Shown here piece by piece: positions 13,387 through 25,704 of a stretch of DNA of 64,000 nucleotides (within the stretch, counting starts at the first letter, position 1; every line of letters begins with the position of its first letter). The DNA comes from Dicyema japonicum (lineage: Eukaryota; Animalia; Dicyemida), in assembly GCA_011109175.1 (NCBI GenBank), contig RDEW01000009.1, positions 5,237 through 69,236 on the forward strand, in the 5' to 3' direction. Made by a program: the position numbers and the translations under genes. The notes under the pieces were generated by a model. The model had not been told where the DNA came from. It did no database searches and saw nothing but the letters and a program-made list of their open reading frames with translations.

Positions 13387-13990
13387 NNNNNNNNNNNNNN
13401 NNNNNNNNNNNNNNNNNNNNNNNNNNNNNNNNNNNNNNNNNNNNNNNNNNNNNNNNNNNNNNNNNNNNNNNNNNNNNNNNNNNNNNNNNNNNNNNNNNNN
13501 NNNNNNNNNNNNNNNNNNNNNNNNNNNNNNNNNNNNNNNNNNNNNNNNNNNNNNNNNNNNNNNNNNNNNNNNNNNNNNNNNNNNNNNNNNNNNNNNNNNN
13601 NNNNNNNNNNNNNNNNNNNNNNNNNNNNNNNNNNNNNNNNNNNNNNNNNNNNNNNNNNNNNNNNNNNNNNNNNNNNNNNNNNNNNNNNNNNNNNNNNNNN
13701 NNNNNNNNNNNNNNNNNNNNNNNNNNNNNNNNNNNNNNNNNNNNNNNNNNNNNNNNNNNNNNNNNNNNNNNNNNNNNNNNNNNNNNNNNNNNNNNNNNNN
13801 NNNNNNNNNNNNNNNNNNNNNNNNNNNNNNNNNNNNNNNNNNNNNNNNNNNNNNNNNNNNNNNNNNNNNNNNNNNNNNNNNNNNNNNNNNNNNNNNNNNN
13901 NNNNNNNNNNNNNNNNNNNNNNNNNNNNNNNNNNNNNNNNNNNNNNNNNNNNNNNNNNNNNNNNNNNNNNNNNNNNNNNNNNNNNNNNNN
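13387..13990. other. Assembly gap (N run)
   Basis: Ns in the sequence. Confidence 1.
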
Positions 13991-16424
13991 NAATAAAATT
14001 TATAAAATTGGGATGATGTTTACTGGTGTAATATTGAGCATCTTTAATTCCCAACAAGGACACAACACTTTTGATGCTTCCATATTTATTTTAAAACCCA
14101 AAGACCACCAAGAAAAAAAATTAACTCGGTAAATTAAGTGATCCATCCTCCAACATCTCTCGAATTCTCTTTGAATCCTCCGCTGGTGAACCAACACCGT
14201 TGCTGAAATGTCTTTTATTTCTGCAGAGGAATTCTATCGGAGTGCACTTTTTAAAAAACTATTTAAATGCTTTTGATTGATTAATTAAATTTATTAATAA
14301 AAAAATCGTCGTTACGTCAAAAAGTTAGAAGTTAACAGCCAATATCAGTCCTATTCCCACGGTCGCAAATGTTGAAAGAATGTCAATGCGTTTGATTGAT
14401 TAATTAAATTTATTAATAAAAAAATCGTCGTTACGTCAAAAAGTTAGAAGTTAACAGCCAATATCAGTCCTATTCCCACGGTCGCAAATGTTGAAAGAAT
14501 GTCAAGCACATGTCTATTCAGAACCATCTGAGAAGGAAAAAATCATTAATTATTTAGTTGTAAGAAGACCTCCAATGTTAACGGAGAGAGCAAATGATTT
14601 TGTGTCATCCTATCATTGGTCTAAACCTGAGACAGGTTGAGACAGATGAATCACATGACACCACTCTAATAGAAGACAAGTAGAAGAAAGGAAGAGAAAC
14701 TTTCTCCAAGTATACTTATTAAGGGACATCGAACCAATGAGCTATATACAGTATGACCTCCTAAGCATTAATCTACCTAATGTAGCTTACAGTTGTAACG
14801 ATTCATTTGAGTGTTACGATCATTTTCGAAATTTGTAAATAAGTGTAAAAATAGAAACACGTTTATTAAGTGGTGTGGTGTGATCAACAAAAATTTCAAA
14901 ATATATCTCGTACAGTATTTATTATAATTTATTATAATTATAATTTCTCGAACGAGCTTTGAGCAATCACGTGCAGCCTTTGAGCAACTAATCCAATCCA
15001 GAATAGTTAAAGGTTATAGTTCTTAATGAGTGTAAATATATCTCGTACAGTATTTATTATAATTTTATTATAATTTCTCGAACGAGCTTTGAGCAATCAC
15101 GTGCAGTTTTTGAGCAACTAATCCAATCCAGAATAGTTAAAGGTTATAGTTCTTAATGAGTGTAGATGTTGTGATAATTGAATTGGTTGCACTTCTAAAA
15201 TTCCCTGGGATTCAAAAAAACTAGTTATATCACATAGTGTTTTAATTTTCGAAATAGTATTTTACTGCAGCATGGAAACTTCCCCATCTAAAAATTATAA
15301 ATGTACCTTGTGGCTACAAAATCTGGAGTACATCCAATATCTCCGAAAGGATGTTTAGATTTATTCTTTGCACTTAAATTTCTTTAATAAATAGTAGAGC
15401 ATGCATCTTAAAATTAAAAATTTTAAAATTAATCCGAAGACCAAGGGTAACCAAACTAACTACTCCTCGATCCTGAGTCGTTCCAGCATTCAACAAACTT
15501 GTCACCAGGTAAAGACGTTGTCCCCGGGGAAGAATTGTTGGATCCTCTTGATGCCGGTCAGGTATTGGGCGCCTCCTCAGTAAGGTGGATCCAATGACGC
15601 TATCGGAAGAAAGGAAATAATCTTAACAAACTATCTACGTCGCACCACATGGCGCAACGAGATTTTTATGATTTTTGAATCTTAGATTTGTTATATATTG
15701 ATTTAGTAGCATTTATAAGTCAGATAATAAATAAATTAATTAAAAATTACATTTTTAATTATTCAGATTAAATTATGAACAAACACGAATTACAAGATCA
15801 TACAATTAAAATATCACAAAAATTTGAACTCATTTTTATAGTTTCTGGTATAGTTATTTGCCATCATTTTTGCATTTACCTAACTTATTAATTTATAGCA
15901 TTTATAAGTCAAAAAAATAAATTAATTAATAAATTAAAAATTATACTTTAAATTATTCAGATTAAAGCATGATCAAAATTTTTTATAACATTATAGGATT
16001 TTTATCTATACAGCGGCCTCCTTGACTTCGTGGCTATTCCCTCTCAGGGTTGCGAGAGAAATTCGCTCAGATAGCCAACAGCGATCACGAAGATCTCGTG
16101 TTCGTGTTGAAATCCGATTCCCTAGACGATTTAGGAATTTTAGACGGAAGGGAACTGGACGTTTCCAACGCGAGCGGAACTAAGAAAAAAATCCTCGGGT
16201 AGGACCGAGCATTCATGAAAAGAGAATATAATTCGTCAGATCAGTTGAATTGAGAAAAATCTCTTTCTGATATAATTGAAGATTTTCTGTTGAGGTAACG
16301 AGTTCATATTAATGCTCCCGGAATATATATTCGTTTGCCACTAACAAAAATCTCATTCCTACCAAAACAACAAATTTTCACCAGAGCGTATCTCGATAGA
16401 TATTGTCAGAGTAAACATACTTGC

Positions 16425-16702
16425 TCATAAGATTTTAGGAAGAATCGTAAAACACAGATTGGCGTTCTTTGGGCATTTTGTCCGTTCTGATTCACTGGAA
16501 AGAACCATTATGCTGAGCAATATTACTGGGAAGAGAAGACCTGGCCGACAAAAGACTCGGTGGCTATCCACGGTGGAAGACGTCACGGGAATGCCTATAT
16601 CAAGGCTACTCCAAATTGCAACGGATCGGGGAGAGTGGAGGAAACTCGTTCATGAGATCTCCAAGAGTCGGACACGACTAAATTGGACAACATAACATAA
16701 CA
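16425..16702 (+). mobile_element. 5'-truncated RTE (BovB-like) LINE 3' end with 13-bp TSD
   Basis: ILGRIVKHRLAFFGHFVR...ITGKRRPGRQKTRW...DRGEWRKLVHEISKSRTRLN; (CATAA)n tail; TSD TAAACATACTTGC at 16412-16424 and 16703-16715. Confidence 0.9.
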
Positions 16703-16956
16703 TAAACATACTTGCAATTCGAGCTCCCAAGATTAATTTAATTAACTTTTAATTATAAAGTATTTAACATCTAGAATACAATTTGCTCACAAAAAGACGG
16801 AGTCAGCAGTTGATCGATTTGAGGGAATTTACTGCACTTGCCTTATTCGCAAGTAACCGAATTCTACAAACTACAGAAGATTTCGAGTTTATGGGTTTAA
16901 AGAAAAAGTTCTAGTGAAAGCAATATCTCTGCGATTTCATAAGCAAAAATATTAAC

Positions 16957-19370
16957 TTAAATTATATCAGTTCTTGATAGTACCCTTCTAGATTCTCCCC
17001 CAACGTAGCATCTTAAATAATATTGAGGGATACAAAAATCTGCTTCAAACAGAGCGCATAAATCCACAGCAGAATAATCAAATACTGCCTTTCTGACATT
17101 TTTTAAATTTTCCTCAACGTTTCGGCCTTTAAATTTAAACCAGTCAATGTAGAATCGGCAAATAAGCCCCACAATAATCCCCCAAAAATACCTGATAGAC
17201 TCTCAACATCTTTATCGGAGGATTTTTGTCTGTAAACAATATTTTCTTCATTTTTGAGAATTTTCTTGTAATTACTAACAAACGGGTCTTCCTCGCCTTC
17301 TTCCAGGAGGACATCCTTAAGAACCATCAACAGCTTATATTCCTCACTCTGTTTTCTCAACTGAAGCAAATGTTCAATCAATTTCTTCAATATTTTCAGA
17401 AAACTGGCATTGTTCGTGACTTTAACGTAAATGCCAATAAAAACCGTGGACTGCCTTTATTTTTATTTATTATTGATCGCTTTGGCTGAGATGAACTCAT
17501 ACAGGGTAACCAAAGACGATACGTGCTCCACCTCAAGGACCAGGGTCCCATCACTAACATGAATTTACCAAGATTGCCTAAATCTGCAGGCAATCAAATC
17601 TCCGAGGAATGAGGACTGAAAATAATATACGATTTTCGAAGTCGATGTACTCTCAGGAACTTCCGGGAAACATTCATTGATCCAAGCATTGCACTCTGCC
17701 GCCGAAAATAATCCCGTAAATTTCAGAGTATTGAACTCACTAAAATAATCTCACGGTCAACCAAATATCTGGAAGGTCACTAATTCGGCGATAATGAGAG
17801 AGGGGTTTGATCTTGAAGGATATCTTCTTAGCTGTTTGGATCGAGTCTTCATACAAAATGTATAAATCCACATCTCCTGTTTCCCCCTGAACAAAAGTTA
17901 TGGGGATCTTAAAAGTATTCGACAATTTGTTGAATTTTAGCAAATAGATTCCCAGATATTGGTCATTTTCGGGGGTTTTCGTTTCTACGGAAAAGTCATT
18001 GTGAATATTTATAACATCGACACAAATTGTACTCTAAACTTTAAAAATTGTCACGAACAGCCAAAATTACGTGATCTGTGGCAATTGTAGACACAACCTC
18101 GATCTCAAAGCATCCACATCCGTGATTCCAAGTTAACTTATGGCAAAGTTCAATCTCAGGGAATATTGTAAATCCGTCTTTTGACTTGGATTCCAATATT
18201 TTGCTCATTTCTTTTCTCTGATCCTCCAAATTTAGTTTCATTCTACAAAGTCACGACGACATTCACCGCTCCAAAGGTTGGTCGCCATAATTCAAGACAC
18301 AATGCGACTCAGTGATGTGATCCACAACTACTTCAAAAATCCATCCTGATTTAATTTGTCTACATAATACCTGTTACTGTTGTACATAAAATGATCGGCT
18401 TCTGAGAAAATCCTAAAAACAGAAGATTTGTCACGTGCTCTCCAACATTCAAAACTAAATTTTAGATGTTTACCTGCATTCCCATTTGATGTGATATTCC
18501 CTCTTTGGTGTACTGAAAAATGCACACATCCCCCGATTTAGTTCCCAAAATTAATTTATTTTTGAAATTCTCTATCAAAGTTATCGTTTGTGAGAAGCTA
18601 AGACAATTGGATTCCCAAATAAGACTTAATTTCTTACTACTGTGAGTAAAATCGACTACTTTTCGAATAAAAGTATCCCAAACCTCCCCGAATCGGTTCC
18701 ATAGGATATTTTAGTTTCACCTTAAAATAAAGGAAGACAGAAAACCAGTGTGTTGTGGAAGTAATTTCAAGGCTGTGGGGCAATTCTCATGTTCAAATTC
18801 TCCCAATAAATCTTGATTCTAGACTTAAATAGAGTCAAACGTCGAAGACTCTGATTCTTCGGTCAGAACTTGCAGCTACCAGGAGAGCTCCCTTATTTTT
18901 GTAAAACGCGATAATATCGTTAATTGAGTGGCCAATATATACAGAAGATTCTTCTACGTTATTTTCGAAGCAATGACAGCTGCTATTCGTAGAAACAAAG
19001 ATTTTGTTACCACAAGGAGCGCTTTGAGTATTAAAATAAAAATTACATTAAATTTATGTTTTCGTCCAAGGAAGTGTTGGTTTTACTCAAAAACTCCTCA
19101 TTTTCTGAACAAATGTAAATTTCCTTGTTTGTTGCAATGTAAATCATTTTATCAAAATTTAATATGCATTTCACACTTGAAAAAGATTTTGTAAAAGATT
19201 TCAGCTAACAATATAGAGAGGTTGTCATACATTTATTTTATTTGATTTAATTTTCAAAACCCAAACCTCTCCACTTGAATCAGCGCAAAAAATCTGAATT
19301 TTTAAAATAAGTCACCTTGTTTTGTTCTGTAACAACACAAAAACATTTTGCAGGAATTCCATTCAACTAT
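16957..19370 (-). CDS. BBS7: Bardet-Biedl syndrome 7 protein (BBSome subunit); start approximate
   Basis: IFCADSSGEV (N-terminal propeller), HSINDII, FKIKPLSHYRRI, SFLGDLIACRF, LKDV..EEGEEDPF, FYIDWFKFKGRNV...DYSAVDLCALFE match BBS7 motifs in order; many 22-26-nt introns. Confidence 0.88.
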
Positions 19371-19539
19371 GAATATTAAAGCATAAAACGTGCAATAAAT
19401 TATTAAATTTTAATTTATATTCCATTTCACGATTATCCGTTACTTTGGAAACAATTTTTGTTTATACAATTTTACTGATTAAATTAATATTATTAACATC
19501 ATAAAATTATTTAAATGACAAAATAAACAAATTATTTTT

Positions 19540-19925
19540 TTTACTTTTAGACTTTTGCAGAAACATCGTTGCTCCCGATCATCTCCCAGTCTGGACAAGA
19601 TTGCTTTTCCATAGAACACCTCTGACAGGCCCGACCACATAAATCTCAAAGGTGGTTGGGACGGAACAGAAATAGTCACCAAGTGCAGAATATTTACCCA
19701 CCCTCTTCCGTTCGGCAGAATCAGTGGTAAGATAGTGGAGATCATATTCGTCGAGGAAAACGTATCAACACAAATTACATTCCATATGAGAGAGCATCCT
19801 TCGATAAATGAGAAGACCATCATCCTGTCTTCTCCCATCTCCTCGATCAAGTCCAATAGGTTCGATGATGGAAAAGAAATCAGCAGCTTCATGGCCACGT
19901 TTAATAATATCATTTGGGGTTGTGT
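19540..19925 (-). mobile_element. Decayed restriction-like-endonuclease domain of a CRE/R2-group non-LTR retrotransposon
   Basis: NDIIKR...IIEPIGLDRGDGRRQDDGL, frameshift, GCSLIWNVICVDTFS, AERKRVGKYSALGDYF...FEIYVVGP; resembles the PDG...WD...E..K..KY RLE domain. Confidence 0.7.
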
Positions 19926-20017
19926 GGTTTTGAAATCTATAGATATAATCGAATTAACTTTTTTTTGAAAGAAATTTATTTAAACAAAAACAATAAAGTA
20001 AAATCAGACTCAAATCG

Positions 20018-20993
20018 TCAAGAAACAGAAGACATAGCCACGGACGATGTAGATTCCAAGGAGCTAAGAGAATCCATTCTCGGGGGGTCTCTGAGTCTCG
20101 TTGAAAATTGTGCTTCCAATTTCATTGATGATGATTTATTAATTCTTGTAACCGTACAAGAAATTTCGAAGGCGATTTGAACTATGCAGAACCAAAACTA
20201 TATCAAGGGCTAAGTTATTCAATTTTTTCAGTTCGGTATAGTCAGTATTTGGGAAGCCAGAATGACCATAAAATGTAAAACAGCGGATCAGTTGTCTCAA
20301 ACGAAAGATCTTCCATGGGAAAATGAGGAATCATCTCATCAGATTTCTTCCGCACGGTAAGGCCCCAGGAGATCGATCTAGTGTAGTGGCTTCCAGTGTC
20401 TCCCGAGCTTGTCACTTCGTCTATGCTCACAGAAAAATGAAAAAAACCTTCATCTATCATAAAACTAAGTAGAGATTTTTTTTAGAGATTCTGTTTAAGA
20501 GGTCAGTCACGACCTCAACCTTCAACCAATTAATAACTTGAAAACTGACAATCGATAACTCTCTTCTCAGAATAAAATACCTTTTCCACATTTAATAGAA
20601 CCTTCTCCCAATAATTAATTACATGTTAGTTTTACAAGTTTTTAGTTGTAAAGATGAACTTTTAAATTCCATGCTTGTGCTCAATCATCCTACTTGTTGT
20701 GTCCTCTGTGGATGGTTTACTAATGTTTGAGAAATTATTGTTTCTTATCATTTTGTATACCCACGGTAGCATTCGCGAAAAGACAAATTTTTCAAACCTT
20801 CAAGTCCTTTCAAAAGGCCAGTTCTGGAAAGCCCCCAAAACAATGATCCAGTGAATAGAAGATAACAAACGTCCAGGCACTGAGCGCCTACCGAGATAGG
20901 TGGATAACATGACGGTGGGCTAGTGGAATAAAGAAGGGACAACCATAGGAAAAGAACCCTAATCACAACGAAACTAATCAAGTCTTTTTTCAT
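20018..20993 (-). CDS. Hypothetical protein, possible signal peptide/TM segments
   Basis: Hydrophobic N-terminus MKKDLISFVVIRVLFLWLSLLYS; downstream open segments 20242-20460 and 20018-20185; exon joins not all resolved. Confidence 0.4.
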
Positions 20994-21432
20994 TAGTAAA
21001 GTAAACTTAATTAATATTGAAGGTTTATTTCCTAAGCAGACAATTCATCAAATTTTACAATTTTTTAAATTTCCATCCCACTGAACCAAGGAACTCGTCT
21101 AACTTGTTACAAACTAATCAGCAATTCGAGATATCAAAAACAAACCACAATTACTCAAAAATTGTGATTTGTAATTTTTATTTGAATTTTCTGATTAATT
21201 CCGGTTACTTTGTGCCTCCGACTTGGAATTCCTGAATCTTCTATGGAATCAGATTTCTATACGATCACTGCTGACTATTTGAGCGAACAAAGTCAGAGAA
21301 GCTAGTGTATAATCTTCGGCTGATCATCTTTATTTTATTTAAAAAAATTACATTTATAAAAATAATCAATGAAATAAAGTTATTTTCCCTAATCAATAAA
21401 AAGTTAATAAAATTATCATAAATACCATATCA

Positions 21433-23077
21433 ATGAGTAATCAGGAAATTCACTCCGCAGTTGATGTTGTAAAACCCTCATTCACTACATTGGCGATTAT
21501 ATTCTTAAATGGAGTGACCACCATTTCTATTTTTAGGTCACCACGAATTTGATTTATGGCTTTCCACGGCCTTTCATACCAGAATTGATTATAGTACTGC
21601 TTTTTTGGTGAAATAGGGATTCGGCTACGAGGAGTACCAAAAGGGATATTTTACGGGATTTATTCAGTCCGCTTTTTATGCTGGAAGGATGATTGGATGG
21701 TGGGAGATAAAATGCTCTATTTCAGTCTTATTACCGGGCGAATGGCAGACAAAATGAATAAATTCCGTTGTTTTCAAATCTGCTTTGGATTTAGCGTGAT
21801 TTTTACTTTGCTATTCGGATTCACGTTCAATCTCTATTTCATCGTCATAGTCAGATTTATGATGGGACTTGTTTCTGGTAATACCGGCGGAATTTTATTT
21901 AAGGGACTGCGGTTATCAATAAAGCCTTGGTCTTTGATTATTGCGACGAAAATCATCAATCGATGGGAATGCTCTCCCATATCATAGGGGTCTCCATTGG
22001 AGGAGTCATTGGTCCCTTTTTTGGAGGTTTGGGTTAATATCGGGATTTTTATAGGTTATCTGCAAAATCCTTGTAAGCTTTATCCAAATTATTTCTGCAA
22101 AACTCAATTTTTTGTAAATTATCCTTACTTCTTACCTTCTCTCATGACAGCCGCCTGGATTTTGATGAATATGATTTTACTGATTCCTTTCAAATTCTCG
22201 AGGAGGTTCAAGTTTAATTACTTTAGATTCCCTCATCCCCGGGAAGCTGTTAACCTTGAAGAATCGGTCCCTCATAGGCCAAACGAGTCTTCACTGAAGG
22301 CCTTCAAAAGAATCATAAAGTTTGCCATTTTTGTTGAAGAGGTCCAAGCGAACATTGATCTCTTTCGCCATATATATAATATATTCTCTAAGTTCTATAG
22401 GAATCAGCGAACTCAGCATCGTTTTTTTGTCGACAAAAATTAATTCTGGTAAATATTAATGGCTGTTTAAGGTGGACTGGGACAAACCAGTAAAGAAATT
22501 GGGGATTTCGTGATGTACTCGACCCTCCCGGCGATATTAATTCAACTTATTATGTTCACTAAAGTGCTGAACAGAATCGGAGTTACCAAAGTCTTTAATT
22601 TTGTGAATTTTAGGCGACCAAGTACGGAAATATGATTCTTCTGCCGGCAACATTGGTGATTCCGTTTACCTACCTAATTGCTACTCAGAGGTACCTCAGT
22701 TGGATTAAAAAGGTCATTTATGGAGACTCAGATATTCTTATATTCAGTATTTATCATAATTCGGTCTCTCTTCTACATGATATTCGGAGCCATATCTCTG
22801 ATGTTGAGTAATTCAGTGAGTCTCGAGGATGTCGGCACAGTAAATGGGATTGGACTCTCCTTATCGTCAGCATTCAGGTCAGTCAATTTCCACCATTTCA
22901 AGAGCCTTGGCTCCAACTTTATTTGGGAGCATCTATTCGGCCTCAATTACCTATAACTCCGATATTGGGAAAATTTTTGGAGGTCTCATTTCATTTTCAA
23001 GCATCGGCTTTTTCATTTTAGTATTAATTATTTTATGCTTTTACGTACCAAATACCTTAGACTCCAGGAAAAAATGA
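21433..23077 (+). CDS. Major facilitator superfamily transporter, ZIFL1/MFSD10-like
   Basis: GYFTGFIQSAFYAGRMIG, GRMADKMNK (MFS motif A), VRFMMGLVSG, CDENHQSMG, GTVNGIG, RALAPTLFGSIYS; frames close with 23-26-nt introns. Confidence 0.85.
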
Positions 23078-23799
23078 TTTACTCTCTTTTATTTAAATAA
23101 ATTTTCATTCTATAATTAAATTAAATTAAACCAAAATTAACTATCACCGTCCGTTGGAGGAATCCGCCGTTGAAGGAATTTTACCTATTTTCCAAAAAAT
23201 AATTACACAAAAATAAATAAACAGGGGAATTTTATTAGAATTGTTATTAAAAAATAAAAAATATTATATTTAAAAAAATAATTAATCACACGAGGTAAAT
23301 CATTCATGTGGGTTTTTATAAACTGACAACACTAGATCTTAGAGAAATTAATAGATTTCACTCACAAGATGTATAGCCGAGCAATACATCTCCTGAACAA
23401 AGAATGAAAATCAGATTTTTAGCAAAAATATTAACATTTGAAGATGAAATTTGTTATTTCATCTCAGATTATGTAAAACTCCGCTTTTTTACAATTCAAA
23501 AACTGAAAACGAAAATTATCCAAGTAGTATTTTTAGTTTTTTTTCATGATGAACATCAATTGATATATTTCCGACGCGATCGACTATACAGGCCGCATGG
23601 GTTAATGTGACTATTTTAACGACGATAGGGTCTATGGTTTGAAGAAAACTTTGTTAGATTTGTTCTATATTTTTAATAAAAGTCAGTATCAAACATTCCG
23701 CGGTCGTAGGCCGCATAGGGGGAGTGTTGCCATCTTAATGCCTAATTTTGGATGGCTTTGTTCTATAGATAGATTTTATTAACATAACAAACTCGCTAC

Positions 23800-24620
23800 T
23801 AATTAAAAACTAATTAAACAGGGAGAAGTCAATGAGTTTGTCCTAGTTGATGGGGTCTGGTATAACGAGACACCATATGTCTCCTTTTCGAATTATGACT
23901 CCTTGCACCAAACAAGAATTATTTTTTCAAGTGGTGCAATATTTTTTCAACGGATCTTGCACGTCATTGATAAATAGGCGTAACTTAGATTTTAAATCAA
24001 ATCCATATGCCAGTTTAATAGCATTTCTTCTCGATCTATCGAGAAGCTCTACAAGAATACTTCTCTCATCACTTTCAAACCATCTTTGAAAGCCATAAAT
24101 CAAGAATGGTTCTATACAAGCTGTATAAAAATAGATAAAAGTTTCCGGACTCAATTGAAAACGTAGAAGCGAATTCAACATCGCTGTAGCTTTTTTTCTG
24201 ATGTAATTTATAAAGGATATGTTCCATGCATTTGATTGCTCCAGAATTAATACAAATTTTTGACTTATTTTTGTTATTCACAATCCATGAAGCAGTACTT
24301 TTTTCAAGAGATAAGGATAAACATTTATCTCAGCACCAACATTTAATTTTTTCGAAATGTGTTGGAACACGTTTCCAGGAAATCTATTTATTAATACTTT
24401 GGTCAAGCAGAATTATGTCATCAGCATAAATAATTTATAATTTAGGTGTTCGACTTTCGGAATGTTACACAACAAAATTGAATAAGAGGAGGCTTAAGAC
24501 AGACCCTTGTGGAACCCCTCTTTTTAACAAAATTTTCTTTGATATATATTTCCAACACGTATAAAAGATTCTATAGCAGAAAGAAAATTATCCATCCAGA
24601 AATCGTTTGTTCTATATTTT
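23800..24620 (-). mobile_element. Decayed LINE RT (L2/CR1- or Jockey-like)
   Basis: GVPQGSVLS and YADDII at about 24400-24520; FYTACIEPFLIYG thumb motif. Confidence 0.7.
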
Positions 24621-24879
24621 CTATATTTTAGTTAAACGTTTTAAAACAATTTTTGACATATGATCATGAGCAAAAAACAAGAAATGCTACGGTGACATTA
24701 ACTGCATCTAATTTTAAATTTTATATACGATAGGGCCTATCCTTCCTGCACGGATTTAAGAAAGACCTATCTACAAGTACGCACTTGCAAACCCTCACAA
24801 ACTTTATTATGGCGGGACTTGAGTCAAAGCCGAGGCACCTCAAAACTTTATTATGCTCGGTTGACATCCGTAGGGCTAT

Positions 24880-25704
24880 GACTCGGTTCTCAGAAAAATC
24901 TTAACGTGGAAGATCTAGTGCTCAGAAATCCCCAGCATTTTCAAAAGATGGCTCGGGAACTTTTTCATTGGTAGAAGAGGAAAAGTCGTAACAAAATCCT
25001 GCCAATCGGTCTCAAATTTTTTTCCAAACGGCGTGCCACAAGGTTCTTCCTTGTCACCGTTGCTTTTTAACTTATTCTTGCACGATATGAATGGTTGAAA
25101 AGAAATTCAATGTCCACGGAAAATCCTTTACCTTTCTTTGTACGTCGAATAGAAGGGTATCAAGCTATTCGGCTGAACTATTTTTGAATGGTGAACTAAT
25201 CCAAATAAAAAACAAGCCAAGATTCTGGGAGTAACAGTTGACACCCTCATGACCTTCAGCACACATGTGTCAAACGTAATCAGTGCCTCGGCACGAAAGC
25301 TTAACTTCGTGAAGGTGCTCGCCTCAAAATTTAAAGGATCCTCAATCCGGTCGTCATCAACACCCTATTCATCGAGCCAACTATAAGTTATGAATGTGTA
25401 ACTTAGGGAACAAAACTTGTCAAAACAATCATGGATAGAATCAACTCTGCCGAATCCAATATAACCAAAACAATCTCCCGAATCACAGGACTACCAATAA
25501 GTACAACCCCATTTGAGCTTCTTGTGAGGAATTCCGACAATATATTCACTCAAAATGGAAAACCGTCAGAAAACGGTGTTATGAAAATGTGTCGGTTCCC
25601 GATATCAACACCGGGAGAAGATGAGAATATTGCTGAGAGAAGCCGGGATCACCTGATGGCGTTTTCCTTTTAATTAGTTTACCTTGTGATTTTTGGCTTA
25701 TTAT
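24880..25704 (+). mobile_element. Decayed LINE 3' half ending REAGIT*
   Basis: GVPQGSSLSPLLFN, KILGVTVDTLMTFSTHV, ITGLPIST; the tail is interrupted by the hAT insertion. Confidence 0.8.

Noticed and set aside
13167-14063. Long ORFs spanning N runs (also 61633-62776)
   Set aside because: Artefacts of translating Ns.
8060-15165. Short tandem duplications (8060-8260, 9570-9890, 10320-10600, 12250-12490, 14270-14505, 14900-15165)
   Set aside because: Same pattern as the N-junction duplications, so probably gap-filling artefacts; they cannot be called biological without reads.
19770-19790. In-frame TGA in CNLC*YVF suggesting selenocysteine or readthrough
   Set aside because: It lies in a frameshifted retrotransposon endonuclease remnant; the relevant frame there is WNVICVDTFS.
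21520-21920. Apparent frameshifts and a CG acceptor in the MFS gene
   Set aside because: Resolved by canonical 23-26-nt GT-AG introns.
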